64,000 bases of DNA from Camelus dromedarius (Eukaryota): the NCBI RefSeq assembly GCF_036321535.1, contig NC_087444.1, positions 36,456,001 to 36,520,000 of the forward strand, given 5' to 3'. Of the stretch, positions 36,662 to 50,600 are shown piece by piece. The notes under the pieces were generated by a model. It was not told the DNA's origin, did no database searches, and was given only the letters and a program-made list of their open reading frames with translations. How positions within the stretch are numbered: position 1 is the stretch's first letter; each line of letters starts with the position of its first letter. A program made the position numbers and the translations under genes.

Positions 36662-38604
36662 GAGTATGGAGGATACATTTACAAACTGAGTACACAAAAT
36701 AAATAACTGCACATTCTCCATCCACAGTCTGTAGCATACAGGCCCAAGTCTCCAAACTCCCTCTGTCTTATCCTCAGGACCAGGTCCACCCTGGCCGACA
36801 GGAAATAAATCCCCAGGCCTTTAGGCCCCAGAGGCACTTTGGGAAATAGGAGGAATTCTGAGGCCATGGGGCTTTGGCTTTCCACTGCCTGGTGCTGGGA
36901 GCACTGGGGACAGAAGGAAGGGGTATATAAGGCACAGTTGACTTGGCCCAGAGTGGTCTCTTTTAGCTTGGTTTCCCACTGGAGATGGCACATGCAAAAA
37001 GAGGAGGGCCTCCCTCAAGGGTACCCACTGAGAGGAACTGAGGGCTAAACCCTCCCTGCTGGCAGGGGCCCTGCAATCCTGCTAAGGCTATAGCTGGGCC
37101 CTGGCTCCTTCCCACCCACAGAAAGTAGCTGTGGAGGGAGGGGGCTTGAGTTCCAGCCCTGCTTGTGGTGGGAGGAGGCACTGTGGCTGATAGGGGGATG
37201 GTCTGGCTCAGGCCTCTGGGAAAGAGGCCACCTAATTCCACCCACCTCTTGCAGGGGCTCCCTCCAGTCTGAGATTCAGCAGGGCCCCGACTGGAAGAGT
37301 AATGCTATGAAAACAAGCGGGGACAGGCTGGACCAGGCAAGGCCACCTGTGAAAAGGCCGGTGCCCCAGGCACTCAGGGTTCAGAGGCAGGTCACACAGT
37401 ATGGCTAAGTTCCAGGGGAAGCTGCACAGAAGCTCAGCAGAAGGGGAGAGAACTGAGCAGCCCTGGGACCCTCCCTCAGTGCAGCAGCTCCTTCCTCCCC
37501 ACTTCCTCTTAGAGGACGAAAGGTGAGCAAGGTGGTCATTCCTAGGCTGCCCATACTTGTGCCAGACACTAGATGGCACCTTCATGCAGCTGCAGAAGAG
37601 AGAACATCAGAGCTGAAGGGAGAGGCAGTGGGCAATACCAAGTGTGAAACCAGGGCTGACACTGGAATCCTGATGAGGCTCTCCCTGGGAAGCCCCTGCC
37701 CTTTGCTTTGGCCCAGGTGCCCCCACCCCCAGGTGCCCCCACCCTCCAGGTAGCAGCAGTGGGGCTCCTTTTAGTCCCCCCACAGTTGGGAAGGAGGCAC
37801 CTGGGGAACAGAATGGGCACCCAAGGGGTAGAGGGAGGTGATGGTAGGCTCTGTAAAGCAGGCACTGAGAGCAGTAGGCTGGTGGGCAGAAACTCTCTCA
37901 TAGACGGAGAGGTTGGAGCCTGGAGCAAGCCTGCTATCAACACAGCCACACAGTCCAGAGGGCCAAGGACCATTCCATGGCCTTACCACCAGAGAGCCTG
38001 ACAAGTCCTAGGGCCAGAGGAGGGGTCCCTGGGGGCACCATGAAGCAAGATAGGTCTTGGCTGGGAGGTGGAGGGCTGTTTAGACTTAGCCAGGGATTGA
38101 GAGTCCAGCCAAGGCACAAGCTGTGTGCCTCCCTGGGCCTCTCACCAGAGCATAATCATAAGGATCAGGATGCCATGGAATATGGGGGGGTGGACAAGGG
38201 GGAAGAGTCAGGGAGGAAGGCCTGGTGGAGGAAAGGCGGGTTCCAGAAGTAACTGTCCCAAAGAGTCCTGGGACCAGAGGACACCGTCTACCTGGCATTG
38301 CATGCTCCTCTGGTCTGGGGAAGAGCCAAGAAGTGAGACCAAAGGCCAGGGCTTGCCCTTTCCCTAACTGGTACCAGAGTAGTTGCCCACCAAAAGTCGC
38401 ATCCGTGCCAGGCCAGGCTCCCAGTTCACCAGGCTCAGGCCCAGGGTGAAGATGGGGGCTGCTGAAGGCACAGAGAAGGGGTTGGGGCCATTCACCTACC
38501 ACCGGCCATACAAGCCCATCTCTAGAGAGGGCACTGGGCCCAGATGGCACAGCAATGTGTGGCCAGGCTGGGACCATGCCATGTCTGCAGCCCAGCCAGG
38601 TGGC

Positions 38605-41600
38605 TCAGCCATTGTACTGCTGCTGGTAGCGCAGGTTAAGCTCCCGCAGCTCTCGCTCCCGCACACGGCGTGACTTGTTGGAGCGTGTAGAGCGGCTGGA
38701 ACGTGTGGACTGGGCAGATTTGGTGCTCTGGCAGCGCGATGAGGCACGTTTGAGGAGGTTTTGGGAGATGGAGCGGTGCAGATTCTTCATAGATGAAGAG
38801 GCTGCCATGCTCACCACCCATGGATGCCTCAGGGCCTGCAGTGCAGTCATTCGAGCGCCGGGGTCCACTGTCAGCAGGCGGTCAATGAAGTCCTTGGCCA
38901 GGTTGGACACGCTGGGCCAGGGCTAGAGGCCAACGACAAGTATTAGAGTGAGTGCATTTAACACTGCCCTCCCCATCCTGACGATGTCACCACCACAGCA
39001 CTCAGACCTGTCCAGCAGCCCTGCTGCATTCTCCTCCTAGAGAGAGGCGCTGCCTGGCTCCTCCCATGTAGAATGTTCTAGGCTTCCCCTTCCCGCCAAT
39101 GCTGGCCCAGGCTGCCGAGCAGAGGTTGCTCTCTGGGTGAGGAGTCTGACAAGGGAGAAAGACCTGCTCCCTCCCCAAGGAGCAAACTTCTAAGGTGCCC
39201 GGGACTCAGAGTCTGGCTCAGGAAAGTGGCCCCTGTCAAGACCACCCAACCTACCCTTGGACCAGTATAACTCAGAGAAATTTAATGAGAATGGTCCAAA
39301 CCTTCCACCATATCTTGAGCCAGACTTAAGCTCCCACCCCTGAATGCCCATATCAAGCCACTTCCTAGTTCTTAAAGACAAAGTCCACCCTCCTTCCAAC
39401 TGACAAAGTGGTCAAAATGACCACTGCATTCTCTACATCAGCCTCAGCCTCTCAGCCATGGGGAGAAAAGGAAACAATTCAAGGCAACTAGATTTCTCCA
39501 TCTGCTGAGAGGGCAGGGGGGACATGGGACCCTGGCAGGGACCAGGACCCTTCTCAGGGCACTTCTCCAGTCTGCATGACATCTCTAAGCCACACAGTGG
39601 CTCCTGGCAGTGCCCTGTGCTAGCCTCATTTTAGTATGTGCTGTCCTCACAGAGGAGCTGATCAAAGCCTGCTCTGCTACATGTACCCACAGCTGCTTTG
39701 TCTCAGCCAGACACCAAGCAGCCATCCATCTCCAGCCCTCAGCCTGCACAGCTTGTCACTGGGCTGAATCTCAGGTCCTCAGGGTAAAGGACACTCACTC
39801 ATATTTCCCTGCAGGCCTGTGTAGCTCAGGGCTCTGGTAATGAGGCCGACCTGCAGGGTGACTGAATTGGTCAGGCACATAGTAGCTTTTGGCTCACAGT
39901 TCAAGAAAACCCCATGGCTTGCTGCTGCCACCTGAACACAAAGAGCCATTATGAGGGGCCAGCCAACCTAGACCACAGACACTCACTGTGGCCCCTGTCA
40001 TTCATCTGAGAGATGGAAAGAAGCAGGCATAATGGGGCCACTGATAGCCACAGCAAACCTAAAGCTGGAACAGGTTGGGTCATGAGAATACTGTGCTGCC
40101 CTGCCAGCTTTTATGGTCTCCAAGAAAAGGAGAAATCACTGGGGAGCACACTGCAGCTCAGCCTGGCCTGTTGGTGGGGCAGCTCCAAACAGAGCTGGCA
40201 GCCCAGGCTAGCCAAACAGGGCTGGGACATGGATTCTGCTCCTGGCCCTTGCTCCAGTCAAGAGAGAAGAGGGGCAACTCCTCTGCAGATGACAAAATAA
40301 ATAGAGGCAAAGCTGGACTCACAAGTCAGGAACCTGAATATGGATGGATCAGAGGCATCCTCACTTCACATCCATACCCAGCCAAACCAAGGCCCCCTGC
40401 AGCTCCAGTGCAGTCTTAGATGGGCCTCTCACCAGACTTGCACCACGGCTTAAGCATCTGCATCTCCAGAGTGACACAGGCTCACACTAGGCATCAACCC
40501 CTGCTGCTTGTTGCCATTAGCGCCAAAGTGAGCCAGACTGATCTGCCCCTCCTCCTCCCCTAGACACTCGCCTCTCCAATTACTGTGTACCTGCAGCTGT
40601 GTGCAGAATGCCAACGGGCTCATTAGTTGGAGGGCCAGCCTACCCTCTCTGGCAGGCCCCAGATCTCCCCATGTTTGAAGAGCTGTGAGCAGCTAGACCA
40701 GGTGGGTCCCCTAAGCCAGTGTGACTCAGCGTCCTGACCTGAGAACCGGGCTGTGCAATGGTACCCAGCCTCACCCTCACACACTGAGGAACACACTGAC
40801 TTGCAGCAGGAAGTCAAACAGGCTGAACATAGGAAGGTGGTCTTCAAGCCAGCCCACTGACATCAGGGCAGGGACTTATGTTGACCTCCAGAACAGTGGC
40901 CCCTGGGAGCCCAGCTGAGGCCTCAAACAGGGCTCAAAAAGGAAAAACAAGGCTTTCCACACTCACCCATGGCCTTGATTCTGGCTAAGTCCATTCAGTA
41001 CCTCCTAAGAAAGCAGTCAACTCCTGCAGACCAACCCATCTCCTTCCCCAACATATGCGGGTCTCTGGAGCCACAAGAGCACAAGAGTATGTCTGGGAGC
41101 CTATGACTAACTGGCCAGGTAGCTTTCTGTTCCTCACAGGCAGCCAAGTGAGGGAAAAAAAATAGGTATGAGAAGAAGAAAAATGGTCAACTGTCATGTC
41201 CTTCGGCTCCTAACTGCAGGCTGTGGGTAAAGGACAGAACCCTTGCCCCAGTATACTTGGGCCCAGATCAGGGACACATGTGGATCACAGGTGGCTGACA
41301 AAAGGGACAGGCCCCAGGTACCACCTGGCCGGTCTCCCAGAGGCTTCCACCTGTTTTTGGGCTGGCATGGAACATGGAAGGGAATGTTAAAATGTCAGGC
41401 TGCTTTGCCTCCAGACACTCAGGTCTCCCTCTGCTGTGTGATCAGAGGACAGCTGCAACACCCAGGGTGACAGCCCATACCCTCCTGGCCACAAATCTCT
41501 GAGCTGTGTGAGTAAGCAGCTGGGTTCTGCCCAGAGGACAAGGAGAGGCTATGGGAGAAAGGGTATCACCTCCCCACTGTTTCTGACCATCAAACTGGCT

Positions 41601-44600
41601 GCCTTTCTCCCTAGCCTGTAACCCCTAGAGTCCTTGCATTTTGAGTATGTACTTCTGATGCTGTAACAGCAGAGAAGCCAACAGGGTAGAGGAAAAACCT
41701 CCCCCATGAGCACTTCCTTATCAACTTCACCCTCTTTATCCCTCTGCTTCTGTGGGACTAGTCATTCCTCAGCAGCAGAATCTAACTCTCCCTTCAGAGG
41801 GAGGCACCAGACCAGAAGGGGCTTTCCATTTCAGCTCAGAGGACACACTTCCTTCTGCCCCAGCCCCATTTACTTGCTCTAATGGCATAAGGGCCTGGCA
41901 ATAACATTACTCAAGTCACTACCATTGTCCTGCCTTGAGTCCAAGGGCTAAGGGAACAAAGGCTGGAACCAACTCTCTTGGCCTAGGCTGCAGAGGGAGG
42001 AGGAAGCTGCCTCCTTCTAACAGCAAACTCAGCTCACAGGGCTTGCCCTAGACAGGCCTGACCACTTGCAAGTGAGGGGAGAAAAAGGCATTGTGTTTCT
42101 TCTGGATGGCATCTGGGTGACAGATTAAGTGTTGGGCTGCAAGCCCAATGACCTGCATTCTAGGTCTACCTTCTCTGTTGACCATAGAGAAATCACAGCC
42201 TCCTCACTTAATATTAATGCAATGAATTCTAAGTCTCTTCTAGTTTCTAAAGTCCTGGATTCTAAAAAGATGGTTCCCCATCTTTCTTCCTCACTTGGCT
42301 GCATGTGAGGAACACGTAACATTTCAGCTGACTTGACCTCTTGACCTCTATGGATTCTTTTCCAGCCCATGATGATTCTGGGGAAGGTTCTCTGGCAGAG
42401 AAGGAAGCCCCAGCAAAGAGCTGCTAGAAGAAGGAAGGGAGGAAAAAAGCCTGGGCTCTGCTCCCATGACTCAGTTCTTCCCTCAGCTTTGTCTCAAGAT
42501 GTGTTCTCAGACCCAGCATTCCCACCCTCATAGGCTTCCTTCCTGTACTTACGTGGGCCTAAATGAGAGCAGAGAAAAGGGCACAGAGGAAATTCTGGGA
42601 AATGGAGCTTCAGGTTTACTCGGGAGAGCAGAATGATCAGTATGACAAGAACAGCACACTCTGATGTTGACCATGAGGAAAAGTGCTTTGAAAAAATAAG
42701 CAGAATTAGACACTGTGTGCTGGTGGAGCCAGCATCCCCTCCTCTGGTTAAGATACTCACCCTCCTGGTGTCTGGACTTCTAACACCAGACAGAATCCAC
42801 CACCCTGGGACCTGGCAGGGAATGGGTGGGGGTCTGAGCAGCAGAAAAGAAAAGGATGTTGGGGGAGAGAGCATGAGAGGAGAAAAAGAAGGAAGATAAT
42901 AGTTTGTACAAGAGGCAGAGAATGAAGATAAAAATGAGAAAAGGTGCGACAACTTAAAGGTTAATAGACCTGTATTCTAAAACTTGAGGTGAATAACCAA
43001 ATGAAATCTTGCACCCCACCTGTCCCTGCCCAGAGTCCACAAAGTGAAGGACAAGGACATGAGGGAGTGGGGTACAACTCAAGAGTCAGGAAGGATGCTG
43101 TGTGCTTGCTTTGGAATCAGAGATGTTGGCAACCTATGCCAGCAACTGAGTAATGTCTGCTTTAACAATGTCCTGGAGCAGCCCTAGAAGGTTCTGCATT
43201 TCAGAGCCAGCTGCATGGTGTTCTTTTCTGTCTCCATTCAAGGGTTCTGCTGAAGTGAGGTGATTTCCAGGACTCAACCTGGCTCTTTTTTTTTTTTTAA
43301 ACTTCCTCTCATTCTAATTTCTGAGACAATTTGCATCCCTGGTGGCTGTTAGCAGGTCACCCATACTGTGGCCTCTGTCCCCAGAGGTCTGTGTTCCTGG
43401 AACCCTTGGTACAGGACTCAGCTCAGGGCAGGCACTTGGTCTCCATGGGATGGCAAGATGAGTGAAGAAATGAAGGTGACTCAGCCTTGTGCCCCAAGCC
43501 AGCCAAGCCATGCAGGAGCAACATTCAGGTCTGGGCACTACACTTGCACTGGGAGGCAGAGAAACCTAGGCCAGGAAGACACGCACAAGAAGGGTGACCT
43601 TGTGTGAAGGAGGCTAGAGAGGCACAGTTGGTGGGGTGTGGTTGGATCAGGTCACCCTCAACCACCTCAGTGGGGACAGGAGGGGGATAATGTGGAAGGC
43701 CAGCAGCAGATTTAAAGAGGTCAGAATGTGGGAGAAACAGCAGCCCCAGCAGCTCCCAGAGGAACTTGAAGGCCTAGACGCAACAGAAGCAAGAGCAACT
43801 CTGAAAGGGCAGAGCTACCCAGGTGGAGACAGACAATGAGAAGAGTACGAGAGGGAGGGGACGGATGGGACACTGGGAGCTGCCTGAATACAACCCACGA
43901 TACACCACTTTGTTGGAGAGGCCTCAGCAGAGCTGGGAAATAGCAGTGATGAAAGGAGGCTCTGACCCTGTGTTAACGAGATGCCGTAGGTAGTCAGAGC
44001 AAGGTGCTTCGATAAAAATAGCTAAATGCAGCAATGTGGGGAGGTGGGCATCTGTCTCTGCAACCAGGACAGCAACAGCAGAGGGATGCCTATAGGACAG
44101 GGCTCCAGGAAGCCAAGAGGTGGCCCAAGGGTGGCACATGAGGGGGCTGCTGCCCCTCTCCACTCAGAGCCTGCCTCCTGCACCGATGAAGAGAGAGCTG
44201 CCCCACCTTCCTCCAAGAGGTCTCCAACCACAGTGACCAGTGAGGGTCCACTGCCCACACCCAGTGGACCAAACCATGCTACCTCCGAGTGACCAGTCAG
44301 GGATCTGGACTGAGGGTGTCTGCTCCCTCAGTAAATGAGGGAGACTTATTTGTTGAACATCCACTGGGTACCAGCTTTGGTGAGGTAGAGATGGCCATTC
44401 CAGAGGGAACCTTCCTGGACAAGTTATGGGGGCATCTACTTGGCCTCTTGGGATCCTCACATAGAGCCAGCATTACCATCCAGCACTTAACACCTGGCAG
44501 CCACCAGCAGGCAGGCAAGGAAGAAGAGCTTCATAGGAAAGAATTCTAAAATCAGTCTGTTTTCTTGTGCTGTCAGCTATTGACACAGATACGGGAAAGC

Positions 44601-47600
44601 CATCCTCTGACTTACTAGGGGTGGGCAGCAAGAGAAGAGTGGTGAACTGATGGTCCACCACAACCCCCATCCACACTGGAGGTGGGAACATGAGACAATT
44701 AAAGGCATCCGGCAGAAGCCAAGCACGAGCCTGGAAACATGCCACCTGCCTCCCTGCATTCCACTCTGCTGCCTGCACACATCCGGTCTCCAGCTCTCCC
44801 ACACCCATGGGGTATTCGTCCCCATGGCTCTGGGGCAAGGTCCTATCCCTGCTCACCCAGCTGCTCCTGTCAGAGTACACGAACGAGGTTGCACGTCCAG
44901 TCCCCACAGGTGCTAGCCCCCTTCACCTGGAGAGCACTGGGACACACTACACTCGCTGAACCTCATTTTATCTTCAACAAGTGTCAGAGTCACTTTAAGG
45001 ACTGGGGAAGAGCTGGGATGGGAATGTGAATGTCAGCTCTGGCTCTGGGCACTCATCCTACTGCAGGGCTATCAGAACTACCAGACAGTATAACTCACTG
45101 CCCCAAGCAAGTGCCCCTTGGCCCAAATGGATGGATGGTCAGCTTGCAGCCTGGAGAGCCACTCCTGGAAAGCCACCTCCCACCAACCCAATACTCCGGG
45201 AAGTGGCAGATCAGCCCTGCAGGTGGGCTTCTTCTCCCACCAGGATTCTGTACCCTGCCCAGCAGCACTTACTCTCCTGAATAAGGTTTGGTGAGAACCT
45301 TTGCCCAAGCCCACTTGTTCCTGGTACAGTCACCTGGGCTCGCCCACAGCTCAGAGACTACTCAAGCAGAGGAGGGTGACAATTAAAGGTTCCTAAACGT
45401 GGCAGACAGCAAAGCTACTGATGGCATCACTCTGTCATCAATCCCACAAGGGCCCCTTCATCCATCCTGCCTCTAGGAATAGAACTCTTGACAAAAGCAA
45501 TGACATTAGGCCCACAACGTCACATTTCATGTCAAGTGAATCACAGAATTTCCAAGTTGATGGGACCATAACAGTCCTCTAGGAGGGTACAAAGATGGTG
45601 ACTCACCTCCTGTGTCATTCCTCTAGAAGCAGCTGCTCCAGACCTCCCAGGGCCTCCTATGACAGGAAGCTCCCTCTTTCAAGGTGACTCTGTGTCTACA
45701 AATTGTTCTCACACTCACACAGGCCTTCCTCACATCTGGCCAACATATGTCTCCCCATCACTTCCAATACGACCCTAGCTTGGCTCTCTCCCCTCCAGCA
45801 CCTCTGGTCACTGGGTAAAATTTCAGATTTCTCTTCTCAAAATCATTTGTCACAGCCTTCTCCTTTCCAGCACTCTCTTCTCTTCCAAGATTCCTGCATT
45901 TCCTTCTAAGCAGGCCTGGCCAGCAGCCCCTAAGTACATCTCTAGCAGGCGTCCCACTTCTTGGATTCCAGCTCCCAGAAGAGAACATTCCCAGCCAGCA
46001 GGAGCAGCCCCGTCTGCTTGACAGCTATTTACTTCTGGGTCCTTCCCAGGGCATCACCAATAACCACTGGTGCTTCACTTAGGAAAAGGAGGAGAAAGTA
46101 CTGGGAGCATATGTATTAATACACATGCTGTCCTCAAGGAACTTACAGGCTGGGGAGGAGAGTTATGTCCACAGACAATAGCCTGGGAAAGTGCTGAAAC
46201 AGACCCCAGCAACACAGTGAGGAATGTGTGTCAGGGAAAGTAGACTGTGGGGATGGAAAGGCCAAGAACTCTGAAGCCAAGATGGCCTGAATTCAAATCC
46301 CAGGCCTGCCTCCCTCTCTGTGAGACCCTGGACAAATTACTTAACCTCACTGGCCTCAGTTTACTCATCTGTAAAATGGGGGGGATTACACCCACTGGGA
46401 AGATTATTGTAGAGATTAGACATGTTGGGTGTAGAACCCTCAGATCTGTGCCTGGTACTCAGTAGAACTACACAATGGCAGCGGTTGGCATTATGTTTAA
46501 TGGAAGCAATCTTGAATTGGATGGTTTAAAGCTGGTCAAATTTCTAAGGCTGACATTGGGAACAGAGGGAAAAGCCTGAGCAAAAGCATAGAGTGGGGAG
46601 TGAAAGGAGCAAACATCTCAGGCCTACGGTATGTAGGGAATGGGGTGGAGTGTGGGGCCAGAGCTAGGGGTTAGAGTACTAGAATGTTGCGCTTATAGGG
46701 CAGGTGCTGAAGGAGGCCCCACTTCTGTGCTTCCCTCCACCGCTGGTCCCCATGCAGGGACATCAGGCAGGACTGTACACACTCTCTGGGTCAGAGGGCA
46801 GCCTGAAGTCCTCTCCCAATCTGCCTCATAAGCTGATGCTCCTCCTGCAAAGCTGCAAGAGCATTCTGTGCCCCACTCTGTTTCTCCCTCAGCTGTGGCT
46901 CACATGTACCATGTGGAGCTCAGTCTCTGGAATTCCCCATCTGCCCCAAACATCCCCAGGATACCAGGCTCCTCCATCCCAAAATTGGATTACTCCAACA
47001 GCCCCCAGTTAGCCTTCCCCCGCTAGTCTTCTGCAACAGTTCCTGCTACATTTCCCCTTCACTATCAAGAACCCAGAGGGCTCCCTCCCACCTAATGCTT
47101 TGATTTCCCAAATAATCCCTGGCACCACAGAGCTCCCAGAACCAAATACCAGGCCTGGTCCAACCTCATTAACCTCTGCTCCATTACTCCCAAACAATCT
47201 GTTTATTCTGGAGCACAGTTAGCGATATTGCCTTCTCTGAGCCTCCTCCTTCCCAAAGCCCACCCCCTCCAGGAAGCCCTCCATTCAAGTCCACAGAAAT
47301 CATAGAAGGCTACATGGACAGAACCCTTGAGAAATAAGCACGCTGGATAGGGCCTGGTGTATATGAGACACCACTATAAGCGGGCAAGGTGCCTATGAGA
47401 AAGGCACTGAGTGCCAGAGGACTTACTGTTGGTGAAGAATGCATACCTCCAAACCTTGATGAGCTCAAAGTTGGCACAAACTTTGCGCAAGAAACTAGAT
47501 AGAAACAGCCCCCGCAATCCAGCATGCTCTCAGATAGGTTTTCTGGCAGGGCCTTGCTCACTTAGATGGCTCTCATAAGGGTAAATGACCATCACACAGA

Positions 47601-50600
47601 AGACAGATGGCTGGAGGAGGGAGGGGACAGAGCCCAACCCTAAGAAGGGGGGCCAGTCCAGCCACCTGCCCCAAGCCCCATGGCCCACGTTCCAGATCAC
47701 CCAGGCCTGCGCTGGCATGTGCCTGCCAACAAGGGTTCATTCTGTGGCCATTTCCTATTCCTAGTCCTTTCTCCCAGACAATCTCAAGTTTCATGGGGAT
47801 GGGGAATAGGCCTTCATGTCTCTCTGCATCTTCCTCAGGTGCACTTACAGGTAGACAATGACCAGCAAAACAGAAAGACAGACGCCTGGTCTCCAGCTCA
47901 AAGAGCCTGATTTAATGATATCTCCTCACCCAGGAAACACCCCAAACAAACTCTTCCCAATCAGAGCTCTCTGCAGATGGTGGTAGAATCTGCTCTTGGG
48001 GTCAACCAAGCTCCTGGTAACAGACAGGTGCCGTCAGTGCTGGTCAGGGATTTGACTCTGGGACTGGGAACTGAGGCTTTCAACTTCAAGTGAAGGGTAG
48101 TGGGCTCCAAATGCTGGGCAGTGCCCATCCCCTACACTGGGAGCCCCAGACTCATGCCACATGATTCTAGCAGAGGAAGAAGCAGAGTCTCAGGACCCAG
48201 TCTGTGGCCACAACAGGAGCAAGAAGCCTGAGTCCATTCCCTATCCCATTCATTTGTCATTCTCTCACCCTCAGATAATCAATAACCAGTTAGCAAGACT
48301 CTGCAAGCTCCAATGAGATAAACTGCCTGATCAACAATTGCCAGAATCAGGAACTCGTGAGCCAATCTACAGACTTTTGGAAAGAGTCTTCCTTTGTCAG
48401 CATCTCTTGGGAAACTTCCCTCCCTCCCTCCCTCCCACAGATAAGCTACACCACACATAGCTCCAAGGGCAAGTCACACAGGGCCCTGGCACAACACTGC
48501 CTGTGAGGTGAATTCTGTGCGTTCTGACCATGATGAAACCCAGCCCAGAGGGTGAGCAGGACAGTGTCCTCTGTGACCATCCCATTACAGCCCAGGCATC
48601 TCAGCCAGTCAGTGTTTGTTTTATTGAATCCCATTTGGAGCAAGGAAGAAAACATAAAAACCTTTAGGGGAGAGCTGGAGAATGTCCCAGGTTCTCCTTC
48701 ACCTGTAGTCTCAGCACAGAGCTGGCCTGAAGAGGAAGGCTTCCCTCCCTTCTTCACACCATCCTGAAGCGCATGACCTGGCACATGATGCCAGCCCCCA
48801 TCCCCATGGGAGGGAAGTCCTTGGCTGACCACACAACGGTGCCCTGAAACTGACAGGGAGGATGATGGTGCACAGGATCTCAAGCACTAAAGGTACTTTG
48901 CCTTCATGAGACTTTGGGTGACTCCTGTAGGAAACACTGCTCTGGGCCAGTTGACTGAGGCCAGGGAGGGCCCAGCCCAAAAATCCCTGGGAGGAAAGCT
49001 GGGTTGCAGAAGTAAGCTAGTCCCAAAGCTCCTTCTCCTCTGCATGGGCTATTCAGGAGGCAAGGACAGCAGGCCTGAGAGGAACACTGTGGGGAGCACT
49101 CTGCAGGGGGCACTTGGGGAGGGGCCCTTGCTGTCTTGGCAGAATCCTGTCATCCTGCAAAGCTCACCTCACCTCCCACATAAAGCTGTCACCCATTCTT
49201 TCTTCACAACCTCCCCAAGCACACCACTATATTCCAGCTTGCAGTGCTTACCATTTCTGTAGTTAGCCTCATCTCCAACCCAGTCAGCATTCTGGCTAAG
49301 AATCAACCAGTTCTTACTTTTTCTGTACCTTCCTTTGGCTCCCAGCAGTGCTGAAACCTAACAGATCTTTTCAGGCATCAGGGCTATCAATGGATCCAAA
49401 GACACAAACTGATGGCCTGCCGGTTGAATTAGGCCCGCAGGTAAGCATTTTGTTGGGTTAAGTACAAGATATTGCTTAAGTATGTGAATTATATTCCAAT
49501 ATTTTAATATCAGATTTTCTGGCTTCTTTTTAAAAAACTGGAATGTCTGGGTGCATGGAGTCCTCTCTGCTGTGTGTCAAAACTGGGCAGAGATGAGAAG
49601 CAACTGTTCCTTTAGACAGGGCATCGTCACTAGACTGCCCTAGCACTCATGAGCAGATGTTGTGGACTCCCTGCCCCCACTTCCTCTCAGCCCATCTCTG
49701 AGCTCGCCTGCAGTTGTGGTGCTCCTGTGCAAGCGGACAGCTTCACACTGCTGCATCTCTCTGCCTCTTTGCCTGAGGACTTTCTCCAGCGCTAGGTGGC
49801 ATTCAGCACAGCCCAAAAGTGCCAGAGATTTAATGACCCCCCTCACCTCGAAGAAATTCTCAACTCATACTAGAGCCAGATTAAGCCCACCCACTTTCCC
49901 GCCTCTCAGTGGTATGATTCTGAGGTATGTTCCACATGATTATTCACAGGGTCCCCAGTGGGACTGAGTTCCAGTGGCCCACAGTAGCAGTCCACTCCTT
50001 CATATACCCCTTATTGTCTTCTTTTCTGTCTCACTTTCCCCACTCTTCACTTATGCTTACTGGAATCACAATTAAACTATCTAGTCCCAAGTCCTTGTCT
50101 CAGGCTTCACTTTTGAGAGAACCCAAACTAAGATACTCTACTAGTCTCACTTCATCATTTTTACATTATCTGCCTGGTCCCACGAACACGGCCTTCAGAG
50201 CACATCCCCCTGATTGAAGGCTGCAGGATAGAACCCCACACACCACACACACACAGGGGCCTCTCAGCATCCTGGGACGGGCAGACTCACCTCCCCCGAG
50301 TAACTGTACTTGCCCCTGAGGATCTGCCGGTACAGCCGGGTGCGGTTGTCATCCTCAAAGGGCATGGTGCCACTGAGCAGGATGTAGGCAATAACACCCA
50401 GGGCCCACATGTCGACTGAGTTGGTGTAGGGCTTGCGGACCAGGACCTCAGGGGCAATGTACTCGGGTGTGCCACAGGTGGTCTTCATCAGACAGTCGTC
50501 ACCCTTCTTGCGGGCACTGGCCAGACCAAAGTCGGTGATGATGATCTTGGAGTCAGTGCCTGGGTGGTAGTAGAGCAGATTCTCAGGCTTGAGGTCTCGG

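Noticed and set aside
44160-44550. Several overlapping 70-100 aa ORFs in PSKH1 intron 2
   Set aside because: No recognisable homology, no convincing splice signals and no poly-A/TSD signature.
44805-44827. Perfect 8-bp hairpin CCATGGGG-7nt-CCCCATGG
   Set aside because: A stem of this length is expected by chance in 64 kb of GC-rich DNA.
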